NCBI RefSeq assembly: GCF_009914755.1
Contig: NC_060929.1
Origin: the human T2T-CHM13v2.0 reference genome, Homo sapiens
Strand: one strand, 5' to 3'
DNA: 64,000 nt
The notes under the pieces were generated by a model. The model was not told where the DNA came from. It searched no databases and saw only the letters and a program-made list of their open reading frames with translations. Shown in pieces: positions 32,820 to 46,959 of the stretch (position 1 is the first letter of the stretch; the number at the start of each line of letters is the position of its first letter). A program made the position numbers and the translations under genes.

Positions 32820-35592
32820 ATTCTACCTTAGTGAAACTTCTAGGGGTCCAGTGATCTATCTATAAAATGTCAAGATACCCCTTCCAGGGTAAAAGATAAA
32901 GTGCTGCATCTAACCCTCCTACCACTAAAATAGAGGCACAATGCCCAGGGGATCCTCTTTAGATTTTAGATGTAAAATACACCTTATTGGGGTGGCTATT
33001 CTGACCCGTTTGCCAGATGATGCAAAGAGCTGGCAGTGTAGAATATGGCCCAGACAAAAGAAGGCTCTTCAATACGTTCATGTTGCCATACAAACTGCTC
33101 TGTCAATTGGGTCACATAATCTAGCAGATCCAATGGTGCTTAAAGTATCAGTGATAGATGAGGTTGATATTTGGCGCCTTTGGCAAGCTTCATTAGGTAA
33201 ATCACAGCACAGACCTTTAGGATTTTGGTGCAAAGCTACACCATCCTCTGTGGATAACTACTCTCCTTTTGAGAAACAGCTTTTGGCCTATTACTGGGCC
33301 TTAGTAAAGACAAACACTTGATCATGGGCCACTGAGTTACCCTGCTACCTGAACTTCCCATCATGAACTGGGTGTTGTCTGACAAGACATAATGTTGAGT
33401 GTGAACAGCTGTACTCTGTTATCAAAGGGAGGCAGTATATATGAGATCAGACTTGAGGAGGCCCTTAAGGCACAAGGAAGTTACATGAGGGATTTGCCAG
33501 TATGTCCATGGTCCCTATTTCCCCTACATTACCTTCTCTCTTTCAATCCATACCTAAGTCTTCCTGCCTAAGACAAGTTGACTGAGGAAGGGAAAAAAAA
33601 AAAAAGAAAAAAAAACCTCAGGTCTGGTTAACAAATGGTTCTGCATTGTATGCAAGTACCACTCAAAAGTGGACAACTGAAACTCTGCAGCCTTACTCCG
33701 GGCATCCCTGAAAGACTATAGTAAAGGAGAATCCTCCCAGTGGGCGAACTTCAAGCAGTGCCCTTGCTTGGTTATTTTTCCCAAGAGAATAAAATAGCCA
33801 GAGATACCAGTCTGTAATGAATTGACTCTGACAGATGGTTTGGCTGAAGGGTCAGGGATTTAGAAGGAACATACTTGAAAACTTGTTGGCAAGGAGGTTT
33901 GGGAAAGAGGAATTTGGATGGACCTCTTCTAGAATGACACCCAGAAATATTTGTGTCAATATGAATTCTCACTAGAGAGTTATATCAGTGGAGGAGAATT
34001 TTAACAATAAAATGGAAAGAGTGACCTGTTCTGTAGACACCAGTCAGCCTCTTTCCCCAGCTACTCTAGTTATTACCAAAACACTTTGTTCAATGGGCTC
34101 ATGAACAAAGTGGCCGTGGTGGCAGGGACGGAGGCTATGCATGGGCTCAGCAACATGAATCTCTACTCACCATAACAGACACTGTTGAGGACCTAAACTG
34201 TCAGCAGCAGGGATCAACAACAAGTCCCTGATATGGTATCATTTCCTGGGGTAACAGGCTGGTGGCAGGTTTACTATGCACTGGACTGCTTTCTCATGGA
34301 AGGGAAAGCATTTTGTTCTTAGAGGAATAAACTTTTACACTGAATATGATTTTTTCTTCTGTGCCTATGATTCTTCTGCTAAAATGACCAAGTACAGACC
34401 TACAGAATGCTTTGTCCACTGTCATGTATCCCACTCAATATCAATTTTAATCAAGAACTCATTTCACAACTGATGGAAGTTACTGGTCTCCTCATTTTCC
34501 CCATAATCCCAGAGCAGCTGGTTTGACAATTGTACAAAGGCCTTTGAAGACCCAACTAAGGTAACAGGTGGTGTTACTTTGCAGGGCTGGGGCAATGTCC
34601 TCCAGAATGTGGTATGTGGCCTAAATTAGCATCTAGTATACAGTGCTATTTTTCCCATTACCAGGATTCACACATCCAAGAATCAAGACATGGAAACAGG
34701 AGAGGCCTCTTTACTACTCCTAGGGATCCACCACCAAAATGTATTCTTCCTGTCCTCATAACTTTAAAATGTGCTGGTTTAGAAGTCCTAGTTCCAGAGG
34801 GAGGAATGCTTCTACTGTAGGAACAATGATTTCACTAAACTGAAAGTTGAGACTACCACCTGGTCACTCTGGATTTTTTATGCCTCTGAATGAACAGACA
34901 AATAAGGGGGTTACTGTAATAGCTGAGGTAACTGCTCCCATCAAGAGGGGATTGGGTTGCTACTACACAATGGAGGTAAGGAAAAGTATGCCTGGAATAC
35001 AGATCTTCTAACATGCTTCCTAATATTCACATCCTGTGATTCATATCAATAGAAAATTACAAAAAAACAATTCAGGCAGGACTGATAATGGCCCAGACCC
35101 TTCAAGAATAAGGGTTTGATCCCAGCTAAGGTGATTGCTGAGGGCAAAGAATATGGAATGGATAGAAGGTGGCTGTTAAAAATGCCAGCTACAACTACAT
35201 GACCAGTTGAAGACTGCATTAGTTACAAGTTTTCTCTTGATGTGAACGTTTGTATAATATTAAGTATTTTTGTTTTCTTCTCTCCCTTATCCTCTTATCT
35301 AACACAAGATGTGTTAATAATAGCTAACTTTACATCACAAAATGTTTTTATGGTAGTTAATCTTAGTATTTAAATTTCAAAAGAGAAGAGGAACATTACC
35401 TGAGGATTTTGTATCCTCTTTTGAGGAAAAGGTTGGCATGTTTGCAGTTGTATATGGGATAGTTGTATCATATAGGCAGTATGTTTAAAGGAAATATGTA
35501 TGGGTACCAAGTTGACAAGGGGTGGTCTGTGATGGCTTTGTGATGTGTCAGCCTGGCTAGGCTAAACTCCCTTCCCCAGAATTTCCTTTCCC
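32820..35592 (+). mobile_element. ERVL internal pol (RT connection/RNaseH, integrase, dUTPase), PPT and first ~65 bp of an MLT2-type LTR
   Basis: Peptides RPLGFWCKATPSSVDNYSPFEKQLLAYYWALV and AGLEVLVPEGGML. ccaagttgacaaggggtggtc|tgtgatgg at 35528. Confidence 0.85.
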
Positions 35593-35929
35593 CAGTGCAC
35601 AGTCAACCTGGTAAAGAGCCGTAAGTCCCTTTGGGGAAATACTGAAAGAAAAGTCAACAGTATAAATTTTTGACAGTGGAGTGGGTTTCTTTCTCAAGGG
35701 GTTCTGAGTCTGTTAACTGACTCAAATTTGGAAATGAAGGAATTAACTCTATGTTTTGGAAATTCAAGCCAGACTTCTGTTTACTAGACCCAGAACTCCT
35801 CTGCTTTTACAGATCAAAAAGGAATTTAATAGGTTAACCGTCTATTTCCACTCTTGGGACATCATGAGAATTTTGATCATCATGAGAACCAACAGCTTAA
35901 TCTCTTTGAGTCAAACTATTCTGGTTACT

Positions 35930-36100
35930 TTTTTTTTTTTTTTTTTTTTTCCGGAGACAAAGCCTCACTCTGTCGCTCAGGCTGGAGTGCAGTGGCATGA
36001 TCTCAGCTCACTGCAAAGTCCGCCCCCTGAGTTCAAGTGATTCTCCTGCCTCAGCCTCTCAAAATGCTGGGATTACAGGCATGAGCCACTGAGCCCGGCC
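35930..36100 (-). mobile_element. Monomerised (left/right arm hybrid) AluS
   Basis: Both Alu ends present but ~130 bp of the middle missing. TSD tctggttact at 35920-35929 and 36101-36110. Confidence 0.9.
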
Positions 36101-36828
36101 TCTGGTTACTATTTTAACTCTGCTATCCATTATGGTAACCCTGCCTATCTTATCTTTGGCAATTAAGTGTCACCACTTGACCCTTAACATCCCAGGATCT
36201 ATTATCTCTATTGCATTTAGGTATCCTCATTCAATGGTAGCAGTTTACTTTATAATTTCTGACCTACAGAGAAGAGAGACTACAGAGCTTTTCAAGGATG
36301 CTGATGCTCCCTCACAAATTTATTTTTCACAGTTGTGGTGAAAGGCATGTTTTTCCAGGACTGGAGAGCAATCTTGCATGATAAATACACTCAAACATTG
36401 CAATCTCAAGCCTTTAGCTACCTTCCTCTATAATATCACAAGGCATTTCTACCTCATTTAGTGTAGGCCACCATTTTGTTCCTGGCAACCAGCCAACCAA
36501 CCATCTAATTAAGCCCTTCCTAACTCCTTGAGCTAAAACATTGAGTCTCTGAATAGTGAGCCTACAAATTAAGCCTGATGACTTTATATTCCTTACACCT
36601 TGATTACACACCAATATCCATTCTCACACGTAACTCCTAGATTTCTATTTATATAAATTGAAAAAAAAGCCATGCAGTTCTTTTGGTGTATATCACACCT
36701 TTTCATGAGTCATACATTGTACCTCATTTTTTGAGGGCTGCTTCAAGTTGATTCTAGTTATAGAAACAAAAAGGGGTGTTGGGGAGTAGGTCCTGTGGAT
36801 CATCAGGAGTACCTTGTAAGCAACTTCC

Positions 36829-37576
36829 TGAGGACTAAGCTCTCATTTTTTTTATCTTGCCCAAATTCCTATCTAAGGGGTGTGGGGAGTCATGCCCTAC
36901 AAACCATAAATTCTCATCAGATGGGTTTTATTTAACCCTGTATACTGTGACTTGCTTTCCAATCTGACTCTGGCATAACAAGGAAGAAAATCAAAATATT
37001 TTACCCCAAAACGTGTTTCTCTGCCATATCTTGAAATGGTCCTGCGAAGCCATCCCTTGTGGGAAAAACCCACATTCTATCAAGAATCCCCTTTCCCCTT
37101 GTTTTCCTTCCTTCCTTTCCAGATCCAGGAGATAATCAACTAAGAGCCAGGCACCATTTTAGGTCCGATAAGAAACATTTTACAACCTGTTCTCTCTGAA
37201 GTCTGCTATCTGAGAGCTTCCTCCACACAATAAAATTTGATATCCACAATCCTTTATCTTAACCTGAACACTTCCTTTCTACTGATCCCAGGTCTTCAGA
37301 TCAACTCAACCAATTGTCAACCAGAAAATGTCTGAATTTACCTATAGCCTGGAAGCCCCCTGCTTTGAATTGTCCCCCCTTTCTGAACCAAACCAGTGTA
37401 TTTCTTAAATGTGTTTGATAAATGTATCATGCCTCCCTAAAATACATAAAACCAAGCTGTACCCCCGACCACCTTGAGCACATGTTCTCAGGACCTCCAC
37501 AGACCATGATCACTCATATTTGGCTCAAAATAAATCTCTAAAAATATTTTACAGAGTTTGACACTTTTTATCAACA
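36829..37576 (+). mobile_element. MER4E/D-like solo LTR (ERV1)
   Basis: tgaggactaagctct...atcttgcccaaattcctatctaaggg...tcaaca. 4-bp TSD ttcc/atcc. Confidence 0.85.
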
Positions 37577-37628
37577 ATCCTCAGGGGAGGCCATTCCAGG
37601 TTATTCAGGTAAAGGAGGACTATCCTCC

Positions 37629-38147
37629 CATATTAATCAGAGTTCTCCAGAAAAACAAAATATATACATATATTTATGATTTATAAATATTTATATTGTT
37701 TAAATGTATATATTTATGATATATATTATAAATATATAATTTATAAGGAAATGGGTAACATAATTCTGGAAGCTGGCAAGTCCAAAATCTGCAGAGCTGA
37801 TGTCCCATTTCTAGTGCAAAGGTCAGAAGCTGCTGTAGAACCAGAAAAAAGAGCCAATGTCCCAGTTAAAGTCTGAGGCTGGCAGGCTGTTGTAGAACCA
37901 GGAACAGTTGATTTCCCAGTTCAAAGGCTGTCAAGCAGGAAAATTATCCTTCTCATGGGAGCATCAGCCTTTTGTTCTGTTTAGGCCTTCAACCGAGGAT
38001 TGTAGCCCACCCACATTATGGAAGGCAATCTGCTTTCCTCAGTCTACTGATTTAAATGTTAATTATCCAAAAATGCCCTCATATAACAGAAAAATATTAA
38101 ACCAAATATCTGGGCACCATGTGGCCTAGTCAAGTTGACACATTACA
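37629..38147 (-). mobile_element. MLT2C/D solo LTR
   Basis: accaaatatctgggcaccatg...agtcaagttgacaca, AT microsatellite, and TSD cctcc/cttcc. Confidence 0.8.
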
Positions 38148-38818
38148 CTTCCTCAGGCAGAACTGAAAAGACTGGTTCTATGGGCAAAGATTCAATTTCA
38201 TATGGGAAGCCAAGATCCCCAGCTTTATCAGAATCTACCCATATTTCCCCACTCCCATTTGTAGAAGCCCATTCCTTCCCAATCACTGGCTAAACTTTAA
38301 CAGAAGTGGTTGGGAATTCAGTTTGCCATTCACAGGAGGAAACTGTGGCTTTCATTTTCAGAAACCCCAGCCTTACAGCTACAGGATAGAGTTTCTCTGA
38401 GGGAAAATGCAGAAGTTTTCAGAACATTTAGCTAGAAATTTAGAGCCCTAAGTTCATTTTTCTATGGTCACTTTCTCTAGAGCAGTTAGGAATAACCAAA
38501 CAACTCCATTCCACTCCTTGTTTTGACTAAAATGTTCTCAAGTGATTCATGCTTAGACATCTTGAATCTCACCTTCTATAGGTATTTAATTATAGTATCC
38601 AAAGGTGATAATTTGAGCAACTCTTTCACCACATCATGCCATGGACTACCAATGTCTTTTAAACAACTAGAAACAGGCTTATTAGTGCCTTAAGTTTTAT
38701 CAGATTAGAAAAACAATTCCAGAAAATCAGAACCAATTCAGAGAACTCATCCTTAAGATCTTTAAGGCACCTCATCCTTAAGGCACAGGCCTCTGCATCC
38801 ACTTTTGATACAAAAATC

Positions 38819-39353
38819 TGTGTCAGAGTCCAAACAGACAAGCAGAACCAGTAGGAGATATCTATCTATCTATGCATATATGTGTGAATATACACATACG
38901 TATAACAAGGAATTGGCTTACACAGTTTCGGAGGCTGGATAGGCAAATCCGGAGTCCACAGGGCAGAGAAGATCACAAGAAGGCTGAAGCCTCACAGACA
39001 CTGGCTGAAGCTATTGTCCACAGGTTTAACTCTTTTTCCAGGAGAGGTCAACATTATATTTTAAGTACTTTCAACTGATTAAATGAGGCCCACTCAGGAT
39101 AATCTTCTTGACTGATTAGGAACCTTAATTATACTCGCAAAATCTCTTCACAGCAGCAGCTAAATTAGTGTTTGATTCAGTAATTAGGAGAAGGTGTGTG
39201 GAGATCACAAAACTGCTGGTGCTCTCTTCTATCTTCCAGATCTTGAGGGAATGTATCTTATAGATCACTTATCCAGAAACTTACTGAAAAAGAAATTCAA
39301 AGGAATGTTGTTTTTTTAGCCTAGCCAAGACAACATACCACATAGCCATCACA
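38819..39353 (-). mobile_element. MLT2E/F-type 5' LTR of the ERVL provirus
   Basis: Reverse complement starts tgtgatggctatgtggtatgttgtcttggctaggctaaa, like the LTR start at 35528. Abuts the PBS. Confidence 0.8.
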
Positions 39354-39504
39354 TATGCTATGCTCAACTAACTGCCCTTTCACTAAATTTTATCCTTGGC
39401 CTATTGATACAAAATTACCAACCTATAATTTAAAAATTATAGCATAACTTGTAATGATTATTCTCCAGTACCATAAAAGTGTTTAGATGTCCTGTGTAGG
39501 TGGT

Positions 39505-39830
39505 TTGATTATCTATTGCTGAGTAACAAACCACCCCAAATTTAATGGCTTAAAAAACATTTTATTATATCTAACAATTTTATGGGTCAAAGAATCAGGG
39601 CTCAGTTGGATGATTCTTCTCTTTCAACAGAAGTTAGCTGGTGGAATCAACGGAAGTTAACTGGTGGTATTCAGCTAACAGACACACTAATCTGGAGGGT
39701 CCAAGACAACTTCACTCATGTAACTGGTACCTTAGTAGGGATGGCTGAAAAACTAGGCCCAGCTGAGAGGGTCAAAGAAAGCTCCTAATACATGATCCCT
39801 CTCACATGGCAGTCTCAGTTACTTGTTCAG
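39505..39830 (-). mobile_element. MLT1 LTR fragment
   Basis: ctattgctgagtaacaaaccaccccaaatttaatggcttaaa. Confidence 0.7.
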
Positions 39831-39851
39831 AATTAATATCAAAAAATCAAA

Positions 39852-39967
39852 TTTTTTTAAGAGATGAGGTCTCACTCCATCACCCAGGCTGGAGTAGAGT
39901 GGCACAATCATAGCTCCCTGCACCCTTGAACTCCTGGGCTCAAGGGATCCTTCCACCTCAGCCTCCA
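39852..39967 (-). mobile_element. AluJ right-arm fragment
   Basis: acaatcatagctc...gaactcctgggctcaag. Confidence 0.85.
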
Positions 39968-40360
39968 AATATCAATAAATTATTAAAGCTGATTGTAAAT
40001 TATAGTGTAACCAACTAATAGCCTATTTTTATACATGCTATCTTCTCTTTATCTTTGCTGATGCTCTTTAGTTTTCCTTTATGAAATAAAGGAATTAGCT
40101 CCCTTTATGGTTTTAATTTCCTTAATCATATTTCTATCTACTCTAAAGCTTTCATATAAAACAGTACTTCTGAACCCAGTAAAACTCAGCAATAACACAT
40201 AATTACAAGGCCCCCAATTCATTTTTGCATTCAGCAAACAAAAATAGTACATATTCAATAAATATTCATTGAATAAATGAATGCACACTTATAAATCATC
40301 CTCAATTGAAGTTTTCTTCATGATCTAAAGCCCACTTAAATGCCAGCCGCATATCCTGAG

Positions 40361-40445
40361 GATTTCAGAATGAAGTTCTTATGAAGTAAGATTTCAGAAT
40401 GAAGTAAGATTTCAGAATGAAGTTAGATTTCAGAATGAAGTTCTT
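40361..40445. repeat. 18-bp minisatellite (gatttcagaatgaagtaa), ~4.5 units
   Basis: Read directly from the sequence. Confidence 0.9.
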
Positions 40446-42069
40446 TTGACCTAGGAGTTTATATACTCCTTCTAATTTAAAAATAGTGTTCAGAAATCTA
40501 CCTGATATCTGATTATTCAAATAAAAGCTAACACTGCTGCTGGAAACAAAGTTTTCTACTGATCTGCTTTCTATTGTCATGGATTTCAGAGATAATTGGT
40601 ATATATGTATGTGAGCACATCCATTTCTACTTATGGCTAATAGAAGGCTAAAAGCAGAGGAGAAAGTAAATGAAACTAGCACCACCACAATTCTTTCTAC
40701 CACATAAACCTGCACTTATGGTTCTGTTAATTATTACTTCCAATCTAGACCCTAATTGGGTGTGTCCTTTTCTTTCTATGACAGGAAAAGGCACACATGG
40801 CCTCCATAGAAATGTACCTTTGCCCTAATTATGATATGTAGATCTTTGAGAAAAGACAGGAAGACTTAAAGGATGATGTGTTTTACTTCCAAAAATTATA
40901 AACTTAAAACTGTCAGAGATGAGATATAATTAGGAAAGACCATTATTTTATCAAGCAATTAACCAATTATAAATTCATTATAAATTTGGTACCATCTGGT
41001 TTTAAATTATTGTGAAGAGAATTTTTATCATAGTTTATTGATAAATGCTACAATATACCCTCTCATTTTTTTCTACTAAGACTAAAGACTGCTGTAATTG
41101 AAATAACAGGTAAGCAAAGTACGTAAGTTCACATTGTCTGTTTCATTAAGATGAAAAACTCAGGACTTCTAAAAAGAAAGTATTTAATATCCCTTTGTAT
41201 ACCTTACAACTTCATCATCATCTTTACTGGAACAAAGAGTAGTAATGATCAGTGTTATATACACATTTATCTTATTTTCCCCTATTCTGAATCAAGTATG
41301 AGTGACAATAGAGAGTGAAATTAAGTGGCTTTAAACCAATGGAAGGAAAAGGACATGTATTTCATTCAGACAGAAAAAAAAGATGAAAAGCAAAAATGGA
41401 TAATGTATAAATAAGTACTTTGAAAAGGTTAGCATGGAAGTCATTTAATCTGGAAACAGTATGCAGCATATATATGTCAATCACAAACATGTTCATTAGT
41501 GTACATAAATTGTTCCCTGTATAACACACTACTTGTTTTAATCTTAAAGAAATACCAAAAATCAAATTACTCAAAGCCTCAGGCTTCCAATGTGTCTCCA
41601 AATAACTAATATAGTATCCACAAATATATATACAAACACTACAATGGGTTCTGATTAAAGAGAAACAACACAGAGACCAAGAAAAAAATATACATCTGAT
41701 TTTCACTATAATTGGTACATTGGTAGAATAGAAAAACTGGACGGATGTGGGATTTTGCATAAAAGCAGAGAAGTATGAGAAAAGGAATAATCAGAAAATA
41801 CAAAAAAGACTGGGGCAGGGGGTGGGGAGTGAATGAGAAGCACATATGACTGACCATGAGCAGATCTGCTAGCAGTGATGACATGGCAATCAGGGCAATC
41901 AGTAATGATGACAGAGATGGCAAGGAGAAGACTTGGCCAATGGAAAGATGCCAACAATGAAAAGAAATAAAATGGTTTTGCAATAGGAGAGAAGAAAGAA
42001 ACAAAGCCATATGTACTTTTCTATTTTCCCTCTACCAGTTTATGTAAAAGACCGAAAGCAACCAGATTC

Positions 42070-42207
42070 TAGAAGGAAGGGAGGCAAGGAGGAAAGGAAA
42101 AATGGAGGGAGGGAAGGAGACAGGAAGAGAGGGAGGGAGGGAGAGAGGGAGGGAGAGAAAGAAGGAGAAAGAGAGGGAGGAATGAAAGCAAGCAAGAGAG
42201 AAAGAGA
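42070..42207 (+). repeat. GA-rich low-complexity tract
   Basis: (GGAA/GGGA/GAGA)n, almost pure purine. Confidence 0.9.
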
Positions 42208-44987
42208 CTTGGATGGCCTAATGCTTTAGGTTGACCAAAGATGGTCACACAATCACAATCTGCAATCTAAGGGAGGAGGTTCCAATTCTGGGTTAGAGAT
42301 AAGCACACCCCACCCTGTATATCCTAATGAATACATCAATAAAACCTGAACAGAACAGATGGAACAGATATATGGGAGATTTTGAGTAGTAAACTGCTGC
42401 AGTTGGATTCTGGAAAAAGAACAGAATTTGTAATGTCGCTGAACTGACAGTGAGTTTACTAATTTTTTTTCCTCCAGTAACTCTCAGCCTAACTTTAACA
42501 TACCAGAAGTGGGCAGAAACATGTAGGCAGAGAGAGCTCCAAGAGAAGCCCACTAGCTCTGGCTGCAAGCAGAGAAAAAGAACTACAAAAGCTCAGAAAG
42601 ACTGCTTCTTTCCACCACATCAAGCCCCCAAGCAATACAATGGTGGTGTCAACAGGCAGAGGCAACAGGAGACTGCAAGAGCCAAAACTCTAAAAGAGAG
42701 GAGCTGTCGTTCAAAGAGTGTATGAAAACTCCTCATTGCCTTTTTCTCCCTTAGTTCCCCTTCCCCACTACCACTTGATCCTTGATGTGGGGTACTTGAA
42801 GAAGTATATGGCAATGTGTGGTAACTAAAGTGTTGGCTTTCTGGCTGAACAACTAAAAAGAGGAGTCTTGAGGAACCAGAAAGTTTGAGGGAGATGGTGG
42901 AGAGGTGAAAGCTCAGGAAAGCAAACCCACAAAGTCATTTATGAACTCCTAAGCTCACCCAAGAGCTGCATAAGTGTGGACCTTATCCTATTCAGCATAA
43001 TGGTGACTGAAAACTGAACAGACAGACCATAGCCAAGGTCCAAGACTGACCACTGGGTGGCACACATCCAGGAAAGATAAATCATACTATAAAGACTTTG
43101 AAAATGGAACTGACATTGAAACCACAGCCTACAGAGGAGGGTTGGAACCAGTGGCCTGAATCTAAGCAGGTTGACTGCCTGCTTAAAACAAAACTATTTA
43201 ACAGTCTCCATAGAAATGAAATAAGATCAGATTCAAAATGTCTAGCATAGCCTAGTAATTTGGGGTAATAAATTACTAGGTAACTAGAATTACCTCGTTC
43301 TTTGCTGGGTAACCTGAAATTACCTGGCAAATAACTAGGAAAATGCCAAAGCACCAGGTAAAAGATAATCAAAGAATGCCAGTGTTAAAATAACACAGAT
43401 GTTGAACTTTTCAAATATTTTAAAGCAGCCATTATAAAAATGCTCCAGCAAGCAATCAAAAGAATTCTTGAAACCAATGAGAAAATAGTAAATATTTGCA
43501 CTGAAATTGATAATATGAAAAAAAATCAAAAGAAAAGTTTGACCTGAAAATAAAATAATCAAAATTTAAAATTCATTGGATAGCAAGGAAGGGAGGCAAG
43601 GAGGGAAGGAGGGTGGGAGAGAGGGAGACATTCAATAGCAGAATGTCAATAACAGAAAAAAAAATCAGTGAACTAGCAAATATGTTTGTTCTGAATCAGT
43701 CTGAACAAAGAGGAAAAAATGATTTTTTTTAAATAACTGAACAGAGCCTCATGGACCTATAAGACTATAACAAAAAGTCTAATTTTGTGTTATAACAGTC
43801 TCAGAAATACAGAAGAAACAGGGTGATGCTAAAAAAAAAAAAACTTAAGGAAATAATGACAGAAAACTTTGCAAATTTGATGACAGACAAACATATAGAT
43901 TTAAAAGCACAGCAAACCCAAAAAGGAGAAATCCAAAGAAATTAGTCCTAGGCACATCAAAATCAAACTGCTGAAAATAAAAGACAACCAGAGAAAAACA
44001 ATGCTGTATACATAAAGGAAAAATAATTTTAAAGACTAAAAATTTTCATCAGAAATCCTGGAGTTTAAAAAGGAGCGGAACAAGAGATTTAAAGAGCTGA
44101 AAGAAAAGAACTGTCCACCAAGAACTCCATGTCCAGCAAAAATATTCTTCAGGAATGGAGGCATTCTCAGATAAGGAAAAACTAAGATAATTAATTGTCA
44201 GCAGTCATGCTTTCAAAGAAATTCTGAAGCAACTTCTTCAGACAAAAGGGAAATGAGACCAGAAAATAAATTTGGAAAATCATAAATGAAGAAAAAGCAA
44301 TAGAAATGGAAAATATCTGGGTAAATAGGAAACTATATTTCTTTTAAGTTGTCTAAAATATGTTTAAACAGTTGAAAGAAAAATTATAATACCTTGTGAT
44401 GAGATTTACGATGTAACTACATGTAATGTATAAGAACACTACAACATAAAGAGGAGAGAATACATAGTACTACATATTGGGAAAGTTTCTGTATTCCACT
44501 TTAAGTAACAAGAATATTGATTCTAAATAGTCTGTGAAAAGTTAAATACACATATAGGAAGCCCTGGAGCAACTACTTAAAAAAATATAAAAACACTATA
44601 CATTAAAGCTGGACACTAAAAATATTGAAATAACCCCAAAGAAGGCAGGAAAAGTAAAACAAAGGAATGGAAAACAAAGAGAATAAACAAAAAAATACTA
44701 AAATTTTAGAAATACTCCAAACATTGAAATAATTAGAGGCAAATTCAACCTACAAAAGGCAAGACAGAAATTGTGGAATGGATCTTTTTTAAACACATGA
44801 ACCAACTATACACAGTCTATAAGTAACTAACTTCAAATATATAATGACATGGTTCAGTTAAAAGTTAAAGGATAAAAAATATATACCATAGAAACACTAG
44901 TCAAAAGAAAGCTAGACTGGATATACTTATACCAGCCAAAGTATACTACAGAGCAAAGTGAATTACCAGTGATAGAGATATTATATC

Positions 44988-45200
44988 AGAGAACAATAAA
45001 CTTTTTCTATAAAAGCCCAGATAAATATTTTAGTCTCGGCAAGCCGTATAGTCTCTATTGCAAAAGTATAATTCTGACACTGTGGTACAAAACAAACCAT
45101 AAAAAATACATAAATGAATAGGCTTGAATGTAGTCTAATAAAATTTTATTTACAATAACAGATGGCAGGCTGGATTTTGGCCTGCCATAGTTTGAGTCAG
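44988..45200. mobile_element. MER58A
   Basis: aaactttttctataaaagcccagata...ataaaattttatttaca...ggctggattttggcc...catagtttg. Confidence 0.8.
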
Positions 45201-46243
45201 AGTTTACGGAGCCCAATACTTTATATAAAAGTAAAATGGTCCACTGGTCAACAAGATATAACGTTGCATATGTATCAACAGAGCTACAAATACATGAAGC
45301 AAAACCTGACAGAACTAAAAGAAGAAACAAAACCACAATTACAGTTGGAGAGTTGAATATTCTTCACTCAGACAGACAGAAGTAGTTAACAGAAAATTTT
45401 TTAGGATAGAGAAGAACTGAACCCAATTGATTTAATTGACATTTACAGAATATTTCTCCTACAACAGTGGGATATATAATATATTCTGTTCAAGTATACA
45501 TGGAACGTTAATCAAGGCAGACCATATCCAGGGTCATAAAATTCTTTCAATATCAAAGAACTGAAATCCTACAACATATATTTTCTAACTATAATAAAAT
45601 TAAACTAGAAATCAGTAGTAAAGGTAACAAGAAAATCTTAGAAATTAAATTACATACTTCTAAATAATCCATAGTTCAAAGGAAGTCTCAAGGAAAATTT
45701 AAAAATATTCTAAACAAAAATAAGAATATAGCATATCAAAATCTGTGTGATACAGCTAAAGTAGTCCTTAGAGTGAAACTTACAGCATGAAATGCTCATA
45801 TTAAAATAGAACAATGATCTCAAATCTACAAGTTAAGCTTCCACCACAAGAAACAAGAAAAAGAGAAAAATAAACCCAAAGCAATGTAAAGAAGATAGTG
45901 ACATAAATAAGAGCAGAAATCAGTGAAACTGAAAACAGAAATCAATAAAGGAAATCAATGAAATAAAAAACTGATTATCTAAAAAGATCAATAAATTATT
46001 GTTAATTATCAAGAAAGACTGACCAAGACTAAAAGAAAGAAGATACAAGTTACCAATATCAGATGTAAAAAAGGGCTTTTACTACATACCCTACAGACAT
46101 TATAAAATATAATAAAGGAATACTATGAAAAACTCTACATAAGGAAATTCAACAACTTAAATAAAATGAACCAATTCCTCAAAAACCACAACCTGCCCAG
46201 ACTCACCCAAAATGAACCAAACAGTACTATATTAAGAAATTTT

Positions 46244-46581
<338 letters not shown>

Positions 46582-46633
46582 TCAAAATCCTTCCAAAGAA
46601 GAAATCTCTAGACTCAAATGGTTTCACTGGTGA

Positions 46634-46959
<326 letters not shown>

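Larger units (their letters stand above)
35593..38818 (-). mobile_element. ERVL internal gag/pro (interrupted) with PBS at 38799-38818
   Basis: PBS-like gatttttgtatcaaaagtgg next to the LTR. Gag-like LIRWLVGWLPGTKWWPTLNEVEMP. ttaccaggttgactgtgcactgggg. Confidence 0.75.

Noticed and set aside
40361-40445. CRISPR-like repeat array
   Set aside because: Tandem units without unique spacers, in a eukaryotic context with no cas genes.
40365-40715. 116-aa ORF with a hydrophobic stretch and VVERI, resembling the nucleotidase VEGRI end
   Set aside because: Similarity too weak. Length partly due to the minisatellite.
41362-42010. Overlapping 83-132 aa hydrophobic minus-strand ORFs
   Set aside because: Expected from a T-rich strand. 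No recognisable domain.
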